A stretch of 64,000 nt of DNA from a virus (Duplodnaviria; Heunggongvirae; Uroviricota; Caudoviricetes), in IMG/VR virus record IMGVR_UViG_3300036884_000676; one strand, 5' to 3'. Positions 39,128 to 48,577 of this stretch are shown here, in pieces. Made by a program: the position numbers and the translations under genes. The notes beneath the pieces are model-generated. The model was not told the origin of the DNA, did not search any database, and saw only the letters and a program-made list of their open reading frames with translations. Within the stretch, counting starts at the first letter, position 1, and every line of letters starts with the position of its first letter.

Positions 39128-39414
39128 TGGAAGAAGAAAATGAAGAAATCAGAATAGCGAATTTCAAATTCCCTATTCTTTTGTATGAATGGGATAGTAG
39201 GATATGGATGAATGATCCCGAAGATGATTATATCATAAAGAGAACATATGTTGATATTGATGGAGATTCTGGTGAAAAAGAAATATTTTCATATAGGGAG
39301 GTTGAATGTGGTGATACAATAGAATTCGAAGGGGAGATATATCGTTTTCCATTACCGAAAACATCAAATCATATAAATATATTAATTGATATATTAAAAG
39401 AAGAATTTGAATAA
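39127..39414 (+). CDS. hypothetical protein
   Basis: Stop/start coupled ORF. Confidence 0.65.
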   Translation: MEEENEEIRIANFKFPILLYEWDSRIWMNDPEDDYIIKRTYVDIDGDSGEKEIFSYREVECGDTIEFEGEIYRFPLPKTSNHINILIDILKEEFE

Positions 39415-39444
39415 AAATAAGAACAATTTAAAGATTAGATTCAA

Positions 39445-39954
39445 ATGATAAACAAACGAGTTAAAATTGTTAGAGACACAGTATCACATAGAATCCCAAT
39501 TGGAAATATTGTAAGAATTAAAAGTGAATACGATAAAACCATCAAAGGGAAAAAATGTTGGAATATTTTAGATTTAAACTGCTATGTATCAGAAGATGAT
39601 ATTGAAGTTTTATCTGAAGAAGAAGAAGAATTAAAAACACCCGTATTAATAAATGAGATCTTTGATAAGAACGAAAATAAAGATTTGAAAAAAGCCGATG
39701 ATACATGGTTCGATTCTTACTCTGATACAATATTAAAAAGTGAAACTAAATCAACCAAAGAGAATAAATTTAAAAAAGGAGATAAAGTTTATGCTCGAAA
39801 TGTGACGGCACTGACACCCAATGGTACTCAAAATAAGGCCAAAGACGGTGTTTATTTCTTTTATGAAATTGCCAATAATAGAATTTGGTTAAGACGAAAT
39901 GATAAAACTGACTTAAATGAATATTTTTGTCTTGAGAAAGATGTAAAAAAATAA
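39445..39954 (+). CDS. hypothetical protein with SH3/KOW-like segments
   Basis: IGNIVRI and FKKGDKVY patterns. Confidence 0.6.
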   Translation: MINKRVKIVRDTVSHRIPIGNIVRIKSEYDKTIKGKKCWNILDLNCYVSEDDIEVLSEEEEELKTPVLINEIFDKNENKDLKKADDTWFDSYSDTILKSETKSTKENKFKKGDKVYARNVTALTPNGTQNKAKDGVYFFYEIANNRIWLRRNDKTDLNEYFCLEKDVKK

Positions 39955-39956
39955 AC

Positions 39957-40109
39957 ATGAAATTATCAAATAACAAAAAGGATCTGGATCAAGAATGGAA
40001 ATGCTTACTTTCTGTTTATTCTAATTTAAATTGGGACGGAAGAAATATTGCAAAGAAAAGAATAAAGACAATCAGACTTAAATTAAAAAAAATTAATAAG
40101 AATGGATAG
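39957..40109 (+). CDS. 50-aa basic protein (not in ORF track)
   Basis: MKLSNNKKDLDQEWKCLL... translated by hand. Confidence 0.45.
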   Translation: MKLSNNKKDLDQEWKCLLSVYSNLNWDGRNIAKKRIKTIRLKLKKINKNG

Positions 40110-40548
40110 TAAATTAGAAACAACAAGACATATTCTCAGGGTGAAAGATCTCCTGATGGAGTTTAGAGAAAAACTTCAACAAAGAGGTATAGACCATGAT
40201 GAATCAAAACTTCAAGAACCAGAAAAAACTGGATTTGATGAAATGACATATAAATTAAGTAGTATTACTTATGGAAGTGACGAATATAAACAGATGTTAA
40301 AGGATTTAAAGCCAATCCTCGACCACCATTATGAAAATAATTCTCACCACCCAGAACATTATGAAAATGGTGTGGATGGAATGGACTTATTGGATATTGT
40401 TGAAATGTTAATGGATTGGAGAGCATCAACAGAAAGACATTCTGATGGTGATATTCATAAATCTCTCGAAATAAATAAAGAAAGATTTCATATGTCAAAT
40501 CAATTATATAATATTTTAAAAAATACAATAAAGAACTTTAATTGGTAA
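40102..40548 (+). CDS. HD-like domain protein (DUF5662-like)
   Basis: HDESK, HHYENNSHHPEH and DIVEMLMDW. Confidence 0.75.
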   Translation: MDSKLETTRHILRVKDLLMEFREKLQQRGIDHDESKLQEPEKTGFDEMTYKLSSITYGSDEYKQMLKDLKPILDHHYENNSHHPEHYENGVDGMDLLDIVEMLMDWRASTERHSDGDIHKSLEINKERFHMSNQLYNILKNTIKNFNW

Positions 40549-40570
40549 AATACAAAGATTAATCTATTAA

Positions 40571-40765
40571 ATGACACAAGAAGAATGTTATTTCTATTTA
40601 GACATGGAAAGGATTTTTATACGACTTCATACAATTTTTGAACTCGGTGGTGATGGAAGTTTTATTGCCAAACAAAAATTATATATGTACCAACAGTTAT
40701 TTAAACCCGTATATTCAAATGGTGATGTGTATATTGATTTTTCTGGGTGTATTTGTTTTAATTAG
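40571..40765 (+). CDS. hypothetical protein
   Basis: 64-aa ORF in co-directional cluster. Confidence 0.45.
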   Translation: MTQEECYFYLDMERIFIRLHTIFELGGDGSFIAKQKLYMYQQLFKPVYSNGDVYIDFSGCICFN

Positions 40766-40787
40766 TGTAATTAATAAAATTTAAGAA

Positions 40788-41036
40788 ATGATAAAGATAA
40801 CAGAAGAACAATACAATGAGGCAGTAAAAACAATTAAAAAATATCATCAACAAAAGAAAGAATTAGTTGCTGATAAATGTTCTCACAGGGGAGCTTGGAT
40901 GATAGCAAATAAAGAACATCCCAATTCATTATCAAATAATTTTTATTGTCCAGATTGTAAATTGGCATTTACTACGACAAGATGTGAAATTTGTAATGGA
41001 ACTGGTGAATTTTATATCAAATTAAAAACAAGATAA
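40788..41036 (+). CDS. Zn-finger hypothetical protein
   Basis: CSH, CPDC and CEIC. Confidence 0.6.
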   Translation: MIKITEEQYNEAVKTIKKYHQQKKELVADKCSHRGAWMIANKEHPNSLSNNFYCPDCKLAFTTTRCEICNGTGEFYIKLKTR

Positions 41037-41037
41037 T

Positions 41038-41337
41038 ATGTCTGAAAAAATTATTGATGTTATAAAAGATGTTTATGACAGACCAGATCAAATTGAAGTA
41101 CCAGTGTGGTATGATAGAGGTGGTGGATTAATAGTCCGTAGAGATGCTTTATCTCCAGATAATCCAGAACATACTTATAATTACATGAAAAATGTAATGA
41201 ATGTTTGTCCAGAAGATTATGGTGTATTACATCCTGATACAGAAAAGTATAAAGATTATACCAAAGAACAATTAATGTCCCGTATAATCGAACTCGAAAA
41301 AGAAAACAGATATTTATCAAATAATATCTATCCATGA
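41038..41337 (+). CDS. hypothetical protein
   Basis: 99-aa ORF. Confidence 0.6.
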   Translation: MSEKIIDVIKDVYDRPDQIEVPVWYDRGGGLIVRRDALSPDNPEHTYNYMKNVMNVCPEDYGVLHPDTEKYKDYTKEQLMSRIIELEKENRYLSNNIYP

Positions 41338-41714
41338 TAAAATACGAAGATTTAAATATAGGGGATATAATTCTTATCCCAAAAGGAACAGCAATTTGGA
41401 GTATCAAATTACAACAAACAATTGTGTTGTATAATGATATTATGACTAAAATAACACATACAACATATGATAATGGATCTATTTTTGTTATGCCACAAAT
41501 AAAAATAGCTCCAATAATGTATATAGATTTTAGTTACGACAAGTCAAAAGAATTGACTCCATCTCCCATAACTCCCGAATATGTAGATGACGAAACATTT
41601 GGTGAACTTCACTATGGATATGATCCAGAAATATATACGAACAATAATAGAAATTTAAATTTGAAAAATATTTTAAATGAACTTGGTACAGAACAAGATA
41701 CATTAAATATATAA
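41334..41714 (+). CDS. hypothetical protein
   Basis: 126-aa ORF, ATGA overlap. Confidence 0.6.
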   Translation: MIKYEDLNIGDIILIPKGTAIWSIKLQQTIVLYNDIMTKITHTTYDNGSIFVMPQIKIAPIMYIDFSYDKSKELTPSPITPEYVDDETFGELHYGYDPEIYTNNNRNLNLKNILNELGTEQDTLNI

Positions 41715-41726
41715 GAATAAAATGTT

Positions 41727-42098
41727 ATGACAGAAAACAAAAAAAACCTTATTAGACAATTAATGTATCTAAATGGTTCTATTAATTCACAGCATGAATT
41801 CATTCAGAATGTAATAGAAACGATTAAGGGGGCTGTTCCCGAAATTGAACACATTTCCTTGGCTGACATCGCAGAAGATGTCCTGAACGAGATAATACCC
41901 CTCTATGACAAATATTTCACTGAAGAACAATTACAGGAATTATATGATTTCTTTTCAATAAGAGCATTTTATTTCAAGAATGTTCTTCAAATAAATCAAG
42001 AAAGTTTTAATATCGGAGAAAAAATAGGAGAAATAGTATCACAGAGAATTAATGAATATAAACAACAACAATTAAAAAAAGAAGAAAATGGAAAATAA
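41727..42098 (+). CDS. DUF2059-like helical protein
   Basis: IIPLYDKYFTEEQLQELYDFF motif. Confidence 0.55.
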   Translation: MTENKKNLIRQLMYLNGSINSQHEFIQNVIETIKGAVPEIEHISLADIAEDVLNEIIPLYDKYFTEEQLQELYDFFSIRAFYFKNVLQINQESFNIGEKIGEIVSQRINEYKQQQLKKEENGK

Positions 42099-42471
42099 AT
42101 TTATTAAACTACCAATATCTGGTAGAAGAATTAAGAAGTCCGAAATCGTCTATTACAATAAAGATGGAATAAGATTGTACTATCGTTTAAAACACAGAGC
42201 CGATAGTATTTATATTAATTATTCAACAGAAGAAGATATACAAGCTGATCTTAAAAAATTCGATGAGATATATTTCGATTCGGAAAGAAAAGGACTTGAT
42301 GAACCTATAAGAAAGATTCTTAGTCAATTTTTCATTGATATTTATTCGGATGTGAGAAATGATGGTAAATTATTAGGAACAGACGATATACTTGAAAAAT
42401 TAAATAAGTCCGAAAAAGTGAACGATAATGTTCAAAAAATAAAAGAATTATTTTATGGGAAAACTGATTGA
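42088..42471 (+). CDS. hypothetical protein
   Basis: 127-aa ORF. Confidence 0.6.
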   Translation: MENKFIKLPISGRRIKKSEIVYYNKDGIRLYYRLKHRADSIYINYSTEEDIQADLKKFDEIYFDSERKGLDEPIRKILSQFFIDIYSDVRNDGKLLGTDDILEKLNKSEKVNDNVQKIKELFYGKTD

Positions 42472-42913
42472 TAAATTTATTGATGAAGAATTCTTTCTAA
42501 GTAATTTTTATATTAGTCCAATAATTTATAAAGGAAAAGAATATAAAACCGTTGAACATGCTTTCCAAGCATCAAAAGCTGATAACGAATCGGAACATGA
42601 ATGGATTCGTAATATGGATACTCCCGGAAAAGCAAAAAGAAATGGTTCAGATCCACATAAAGTTCACCTGAGAAAAGATTGGGAAGAAATAAAAGAGGAT
42701 TTGATGTTGGAATTACTTCGAATCAAATTTTCAGATCCAGAATTATCAAAAAAATTAATTGATACAAAAAATTATATACTGGTTGAGGGGAATTATTGGC
42801 ATGATAATTTTTGGGGCAATTGTACCTGTTCAAATTGTAGAAATATTGAGGGTCAAAATAAATTAGGTGAATTACTAATGAAAGTTCGACAAGAAATTAT
42901 TGATTTGTTGTAA
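42455..42913 (+). CDS. NADAR-family hydrolase
   Basis: FLSNFY, TVEHAFQASK, P..AKR.G, W......M..LL..KF, LVEGN.WHD.FWG and G.N.LG.LLM.VR. Confidence 0.92.
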   Translation: MGKLIDKFIDEEFFLSNFYISPIIYKGKEYKTVEHAFQASKADNESEHEWIRNMDTPGKAKRNGSDPHKVHLRKDWEEIKEDLMLELLRIKFSDPELSKKLIDTKNYILVEGNYWHDNFWGNCTCSNCRNIEGQNKLGELLMKVRQEIIDLL

Positions 42914-42920
42914 ATTTCTT

Positions 42921-43376
42921 TTACCATATAATTTCATTTAAATATTTTCTTCTAATAGATTCAAAAAATAACCACCTTCTATCACTCATTTGAACTAATT
43001 TACTAAAAGGATCAACATAGATATATTGTTCATAAACATTGTTCAATTCATCTTCATATATCATTTTAAGGCTCATCCTTTCTCGAACCAAAAGGGAACT
43101 GATGTTTATTTCTTCTATTTCATTAATATTCATTGAGGTCTGCTTAATATAACATTTCTTTCCATTTATTGTGAATAATGAAAGATCTCCATTTATATTT
43201 AATTTATATAAATTTGATTTTATTTTTTTAATGTCAAAATCCAAAGACATTTCTGTTTTAGACATAACCCTGTTATTATTATCTTTACTAATTATGAATT
43301 CTCCTGATTTTTTATCTAATAGAAATAATCTAACTGATGTTATGATTGATAAAATTAAAGCTATTATACTTATCAT
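42921..43376 (-). CDS. membrane-anchored hypothetical protein
   Basis: N-terminal hydrophobic MISIIALILSII. Confidence 0.6.
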   Translation of the reverse strand: MISIIALILSIITSVRLFLLDKKSGEFIISKDNNNRVMSKTEMSLDFDIKKIKSNLYKLNINGDLSLFTINGKKCYIKQTSMNINEIEEINISSLLVRERMSLKMIYEDELNNVYEQYIYVDPFSKLVQMSDRRWLFFESIRRKYLNEIIW

Positions 43377-43528
43377 AATTTTTTAATTTCTTTTTTAATC
43401 AAGTATTCGATATACTTTGATTTATTCACTTTCTTCTCTTCGCAAATCTTATTCAATATTTCATCCAATTCAATATTAACTGATATTGATAAGCTTTTTT
43501 TCTTGTTTGTTATTTTTGGTCTACCCAT
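43373..43528 (-). CDS. ribbon-helix-helix DNA-binding protein (not in ORF track)
   Basis: MGRPK...KSLSISVNIELDEILNKICEEKKVNKSKYIEYLIKK, 51 aa. Confidence 0.65.
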   Translation of the reverse strand: MGRPKITNKKKSLSISVNIELDEILNKICEEKKVNKSKYIEYLIKKEIKKL

Positions 43529-43573
43529 CGGATTAGGTTTTTTCTTATATATCTTGAAAATGGAGTTTGGTTT

Positions 43574-43613
43574 AAAAAAGAAATCCCCTCAGTATGAAAT
43601 TGAGAGGATTTCT
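43574..43613 (-). terminator. intrinsic terminator
   Basis: AGAAATCCTCTCA...TGAGGGGATTTCT followed by a T run on the minus strand. Confidence 0.75.
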
Positions 43614-43641
43614 AATAAATTGTAATAGTGTTTTTACTATT

Positions 43642-44217
43642 TTACCAACTATCTTTCTTTTCTGATTTTACTTTATTCATTGAAAGTTTTAGACTTTCTA
43701 TTGTGGAATAAATTTGAATTTTGGCATCGTTTTTGATTTTATCCCATTGTTTTTGAGGTATATTCATTCCCTGTCCTGATTTTTCTTGTTGTAGGGGAAT
43801 TTTACCTGATGTATTGTATTGATTTTCAAAATATAAATTATTAATTGTATATTTATATTTTCCATTTTTACACTGAACATTGATTGTGAAATATCCATAA
43901 CCTATCATATACAGCCCCCCTATAAAAACATTTGGATGTTGATTTACAGGAACACAACCATTTCCTACAATTTTCCCCAAATCTTTGTCTGAAATTTGAA
44001 TAACAGATTTGGCTGAATTGAATGTGTTAGCTATCCAATCCTGTAATTGAGAATATAATTGGTCTTTTGTAATTGAGGAATCTACAATTATGATATTTGT
44101 GATTTCTCCTATTATCCATTGTTTTTCAAAAGATTCATCATTTGAATTAAAAACATCTTGTGCATTTATACTGACTGTACAAATCAATATTGAAAATAAA
44201 ACAAATAGTTTTTTCAT
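43642..44217 (-). CDS. secreted protein, DUF4468-like
   Basis: Signal peptide MKKLFVLFSILICTVSINAQ; SAKSVIQ.SDKD.GKI.G.G and CKNGKYKY motifs. Confidence 0.65.
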   Translation of the reverse strand: MKKLFVLFSILICTVSINAQDVFNSNDESFEKQWIIGEITNIIIVDSSITKDQLYSQLQDWIANTFNSAKSVIQISDKDLGKIVGNGCVPVNQHPNVFIGGLYMIGYGYFTINVQCKNGKYKYTINNLYFENQYNTSGKIPLQQEKSGQGMNIPQKQWDKIKNDAKIQIYSTIESLKLSMNKVKSEKKDSW

Positions 44218-44256
44218 AATTTTGTTGTTTTAATTGTTATTTTATAATGATATTTT

Positions 44257-44685
44257 TTAAAAATTAAATTTAAGACCGTTTCCATCTGTTACTAAACTAT
44301 ATTTTTTATTCTTACTTTGTTGAATAATAATACCAGCCTGATTTATTTGATGAGAACCAATAAAAAAACATACTATGCTCGATATAAAAAATCCACCAGA
44401 TACACCAATTAATAATTTTCTATATGTATCATTTTGAACTATTTGACTATGTGTTTTCCCATCAAAAGTAAAAGCTATGCTAATTCCACTCAAAATAGAA
44501 AGTGAAAAACAAACACCAGCTCCTGTGAAATTCTGGCCAGCCTTGTGTAGATAATATCCTTCATCCTTTAATTGTAAATTATTTGGATTAATTTTATTAT
44601 CCTTAAAATATCTTTGTAAAGGAGTTTGTGCGTTTAAACTGACTGCACAAATCAATAGTGTGATAATTAATACAATTTTTTTCAT
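44257..44685 (-). CDS. exported/membrane protein
   Basis: Signal peptide near-identical in style to the neighbouring gene (ICAVSLNAQ); two hydrophobic segments; early promoter at 44700-44734. Confidence 0.65.
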   Translation of the reverse strand: MKKIVLIITLLICAVSLNAQTPLQRYFKDNKINPNNLQLKDEGYYLHKAGQNFTGAGVCFSLSILSGISIAFTFDGKTHSQIVQNDTYRKLLIGVSGGFFISSIVCFFIGSHQINQAGIIIQQSKNKKYSLVTDGNGLKFNF

Positions 44686-44725
44686 AATTTTGATGTTTTT
44701 ACAAATTTAATCAATTTTCTTGAAT

Positions 44726-44793
44726 AAAAAAATTAAAATATGTGAAAATGGAAAAATATAAAAAAATTAAAATATGTGAAAATGGAAAAATAT
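44726..44793. repeat. perfect 34-nt tandem duplication in divergent promoter region
   Basis: aaaaaaattaaaatatgtgaaaatggaaaaatat x2. Confidence 0.9.
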
Positions 44794-44834
44794 GACTTTT
44801 CAACATTAATATATACTACTAAAAAGACACACAT

Positions 44835-44996
44835 ATGAAAAAACCGATAACAAAAAGAAAAATATCACTCAGATTAGACACTGAGATTTGTGAATTCTTA
44901 GAAGATAATTTTGAAAACAAATCCAGATATATTGAGTATTTAATATATAATGACATTAAAGATTGTGGTTTGTTAGAAAAAGAAATCATCCTGTGA
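44835..44996 (+). CDS. ribbon-helix-helix protein (not in ORF track)
   Basis: MKKPITKRKISLRLDTEICEFLEDNFENKSRYIEYLI, 53 aa; late motif 44806-44816. Confidence 0.65.
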   Translation: MKKPITKRKISLRLDTEICEFLEDNFENKSRYIEYLIYNDIKDCGLLEKEIIL

Positions 44997-44997
44997 A

Positions 44998-45880
44998 ATG
45001 AAACTTAAATGTGTATATGTTTTTTTAGATCATAGAAAGCCGGGAAATTATGTTTATGATAATTTGACATTCGATTACGAACCAATATATGTTGGAAAGG
45101 GGTGTTTGAATAGACCACAAAGACATAAAGTACGATACAAAAAAGAAGTCAATAGATTCTATTCTAAATTAAAATCCATTGTCAAAGAAACAAATGAGTT
45201 TCCAAATTATGTCATTATTCGAAAAGATATATCTGAATTAATAGCCAACAATCTGGAAATAGAATACATCAAAAAGATAGGAAGAATTGAAAATGGTGGA
45301 ACTTTAACTAATATGAGTGATGGTGGTGAAGGTCAATCTGGATTTGTATTTTCAGAAGAAACCAAGAAAAAAAATGTCTCTTAAAAGAAAAGGAAAAAAA
45401 TTAGGGCCCATGTCAGAGGAAGTTAAAAAAAAGTTATCTGAATCAAAAAAAGGTAAATATTGTGGGATAAACTCTGGAATGTATGGTAAAAAAATGTCTA
45501 AAGAATCAAAAGAAAAAATAAGTTTGTCGAGAAAAGGAAAATATTTTGGTATAAACAACCCCAACTATGGTAAGAAAATGTCAGAAAAATCAAAAAAGGT
45601 TATTTCAGAAAAGAATAAAGGGAAATTATCTGGTGATAAACATCCAAATTACAAAAATCTGAATCATATAAATGTTGTAGTGAAGGACACTTGGGAATTA
45701 ACAGATATAAATGGTAAAACAATAATAATACAAAGTTTAAGTAGATTTTGTAATGAAAATAATTTAAATGCTTGTTGCATGAGAGATATTTTTTATGGTA
45801 AACAAAAATCGCCACATAGAGGATGGACAAAAGTAATCAAATTAACAAATAATGTAAAAAATAAAAAAGATCAGAAATAA
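44998..45880 (+). pseudogene. GIY-YIG homing endonuclease with NUMOD3-like repeats, frameshifted at A8 (45367-45374)
   Basis: CVYVFLD...IYVGKG, E...IKKIGR...LTN.SDGGEG; continues in the other frame as KMSLKRKGK, SESKKGK repeats. Confidence 0.75.
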
Positions 45881-45893
45881 TCTGACCTTTTTT
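45863..45893 (-). terminator. terminator between convergent dnaK and endonuclease
   Basis: AAAAAAGGTCAGA-ttatt-TCTGATCTTTTTT on the minus strand. Confidence 0.75.
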
Positions 45894-45901
45894 ATTTAAA
45901 A

Positions 45902-47809
45902 TTATTTTACTTCAGTGAATTCTACATCCTGAACATCCTCTGGTGGTTGTTTTGGTCCTTTTTGAGTTTCACCAGATGTATTCTGTTGTTGAGTTGTTTC
46001 ACCACCCTGACTCTGTTGGTACATTTTCGTAGAAATAGAATTCCACTTTTCATTCAGTTCGTTTGTAAGACTATCAACTGTTGGAATGTCCTTTATGGAA
46101 TGTGCCTGTCTGAGTTTATCAAGAGTTTCCTTTAATGTAGTTCTATCACTTTCAGTTAATTTCTCTCCAAAATCTTTGATGTTTTTTTCACTCTGGAAAA
46201 TTGAGGCATCTGCTTTATTAAGTTTATCAATATCATCCTTTTCTTTCTTGTCCTTTTCTTCATTTTCCTGAGCTTCCCTTTTCATCCTTTCAATTTCATC
46301 CTTGGATAAATTTGAAGAACCTTCAATACGGATATTCTGTTTCTTCTGAGTTGCTTTGTCAACAGCCAAGACTTCGATGATACCGTTCGCGTTGATATCC
46401 AACGAAACACTGATTTGCGGCACGCCTCGTGGTGCTGGTGGTAATCCATCCAATATAAATTTTCCTAAGGATTTATTATCCTTAGCCATTGGACGCTCCC
46501 CTTGAAGAACATGAATCTCTACGGATGGTTGATTATCAGCGGCCGTTGAAAAAACTTCAGTTTTTGATACTGGAATTGTAGTATTAGCTTCAACCAATTT
46601 TGTGAATACCCCACCGAATGTTTCAATTCCAAGTGAAAGAGGGGTAACATCAAGTAATAAAATATCCTTTACTTCACCACCAATAATACCAGCTTGGATG
46701 GCTGCTCCAACGGCAACGGCTTCATCAGGATTAACTGATCGGTTTGGTTCTTTTCCGAAAATACTTTTAACAAGTGTCTGAACGGCTGGAATTCTTGTTG
46801 AACCACCGACCAAAACGATTTCATCCAGTTCTTCTTTTTTCAAACCACTATCCTCAAGGGCTTTTCTTGAAATAGGAATCAATCTCTGGAAAATAGGATC
46901 ACAAATTTGATCGAATTTGGCTCTGTTAAGTTTTACAACCATGTGTTTAGGAACACCATCAATCGGCATTATATAAGGTAGGTTGATTTCTGTTTCAACA
47001 GAAGAAGAAAGTTCAATCTTAGCTTTCTCGGCTGCATCTTTTAATCTTTGGAGTGCCATCGGATCTTTCTTTAAATCCACACCACCATTTTCTTTTCTGA
47101 ATCCCTCATTCAACCAATCTACAATAGCATCATCAATATCATTACCTCCAAGGTGGACATCACCATAAGTTGATTTCACCTCAAAAACACCTTCACCTGA
47201 TTCAAGAACAGACACATCGAATGTACCACCACCAAAGTCGAACACAACAATCTTCATATCCTTGTTCTGTTTGTCCAATCCGTAAGCGAGAGCTGCGGCC
47301 GTTGGTTCATTTACTATCCTTTCAACTTTGAAACCAGCGATTTCACCAGCCTCTTTAGTCGCCTGTCTTTGTTCATTATTAAACCAAGCCGGAACAGTAA
47401 TAACTGCTCTGTCTACGGTTTGACCAAGATAATCCTCGGCTGTTTTCTTCATTTTTTGAAGAATCATTGCACTGATTTCCTGAGGGGTGAAATCTTTACC
47501 ATCAATACTGACAACAGGATTACCATTACTTGCCCTTTTAACAGGAAATGATACCCTTTTGATTTCATCGGTCAATTTTTCGTATTTCTCACCCATGAAT
47601 CTTTTAATGGATGATATTGTTCTTGGACTGTTAGTTACCTGTTGACGGCGAGCTGGTGCTCCTACTTTTCTTTCACTATCAATGAAAGCTACAATACTCG
47701 GTGTGGTTCTTTGTCCTTCACTGTTTGCGATAATAACGGGAACTCCGCCTTCCATTACAGCAACGGCACTAAAAGTAGTTCCTAAGTCGATTCCTACAAT
47801 TTTACTCAT
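45902..47809 (-). CDS. dnaK: Hsp70 chaperone DnaK
   Basis: [39 protein letters not shown] and [11 protein letters not shown]. Confidence 0.98.
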   Translation of the reverse strand: MSKIVGIDLGTTFSAVAVMEGGVPVIIANSEGQRTTPSIVAFIDSERKVGAPARRQQVTNSPRTISSIKRFMGEKYEKLTDEIKRVSFPVKRASNGNPVVSIDGKDFTPQEISAMILQKMKKTAEDYLGQTVDRAVITVPAWFNNEQRQATKEAGEIAGFKVERIVNEPTAAALAYGLDKQNKDMKIVVFDFGGGTFDVSVLESGEGVFEVKSTYGDVHLGGNDIDDAIVDWLNEGFRKENGGVDLKKDPMALQRLKDAAEKAKIELSSSVETEINLPYIMPIDGVPKHMVVKLNRAKFDQICDPIFQRLIPISRKALEDSGLKKEELDEIVLVGGSTRIPAVQTLVKSIFGKEPNRSVNPDEAVAVGAAIQAGIIGGEVKDILLLDVTPLSLGIETFGGVFTKLVEANTTIPVSKTEVFSTAADNQPSVEIHVLQGERPMAKDNKSLGKFILDGLPPAPRGVPQISVSLDINANGIIEVLAVDKATQKKQNIRIEGSSNLSKDEIERMKREAQENEEKDKKEKDDIDKLNKADASIFQSEKNIKDFGEKLTESDRTTLKETLDKLRQAHSIKDIPTVDSLTNELNEKWNSISTKMYQQSQGGETTQQQNTSGETQKGPKQPPEDVQDVEFTEVK

Positions 47810-47893
47810 AAATAATATTCCTTTCTTATTTTATATGTTTTTGATTTAAGATTGTTTCAATTATTATACCATTGACAGATGTATGTCATTCTG

Positions 47894-48118
47894 TCAGATT
47901 AGTTCTCTTTCCACTTCTTTTTCTATCTTCTCGACTTCTTCTTTTGACAGTCCAAGAACTTTCTCTACCAGTTTCAATCCATAATTTCTCTGGAGTACTT
48001 CCTGATAATCGGGTTCATCCCATGCCATAACGGACAAATCCCCATATTGGCTTTTCATTTTCTTTATCCAAATTTGATAAAGCCTAATTTCTTCTTTGTA
48101 ACTTTCTATTGGTGTCAT
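47894..48118 (-). CDS. hypothetical protein
   Basis: 74-aa ORF. Confidence 0.55.
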   Translation of the reverse strand: MTPIESYKEEIRLYQIWIKKMKSQYGDLSVMAWDEPDYQEVLQRNYGLKLVEKVLGLSKEEVEKIEKEVERELI

Positions 48119-48145
48119 ATTTTTTGTTATTTGAATTTCATTTTA

Positions 48146-48481
48146 TCATTCATTATTTATCCATTCATGTCCACAGACTAAACAAGTTACTAATCTACCC
48201 CAACTACTGGTTTTAGGATGTTCACAAGTTTCGTTTTTTGAATTTTCAAAACCTTTTGTTATTTGAACTTCAGTTCCTTTCGGAAAGTACATACTTTTTA
48301 CACAATAATTCATTTGAGGCAAAGTATATTCCACTTCAATTATATCTCCATTCTTCACAAGTTCATCAAGAACATCGGTAATATTCTGATCTGGTTCATT
48401 ATTGGTCATGAATCTTACGACAATTTCAGTTGCTTTAATCGGGCCAAACTCGTTTACTATTTCAATTATTTTTTCTCTCAT
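48146..48481 (-). CDS. hypothetical protein, winged-helix-like start and C-terminal Zn knuckle
   Basis: IIEIVNEFGPIKATEI...LDELVKNGDI; CEH...CLVC. Confidence 0.55.
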   Translation of the reverse strand: MREKIIEIVNEFGPIKATEIVVRFMTNNEPDQNITDVLDELVKNGDIIEVEYTLPQMNYCVKSMYFPKGTEVQITKGFENSKNETCEHPKTSSWGRLVTCLVCGHEWINNE

Positions 48482-48577
48482 ACTTCACTTTTTCTTAATA
48501 TAATAAAAAAATCAATAAAAAAAAAAGAAAATGAGTTTTTTACTTTAATATATAATAGAAAAAATAAAAAACGACAT

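Noticed and set aside
44726-44793. 34-nt repeat as mini-CRISPR array
   Set aside because: Only two abutting copies, no spacer, no cas gene.
44998-45880. Group I intron hosting the GIY-YIG gene
   Set aside because: No interrupted flanking gene; it has its own promoter and terminator and appears free-standing.
48263-48577. Long N-terminal extensions in the ORF track (48263, 27086, 27097, 26076, 19865, 50344, 58210, 30969)
   Set aside because: Promoter motifs or homology place the real starts downstream; the extensions overlap neighbouring genes or promoters.
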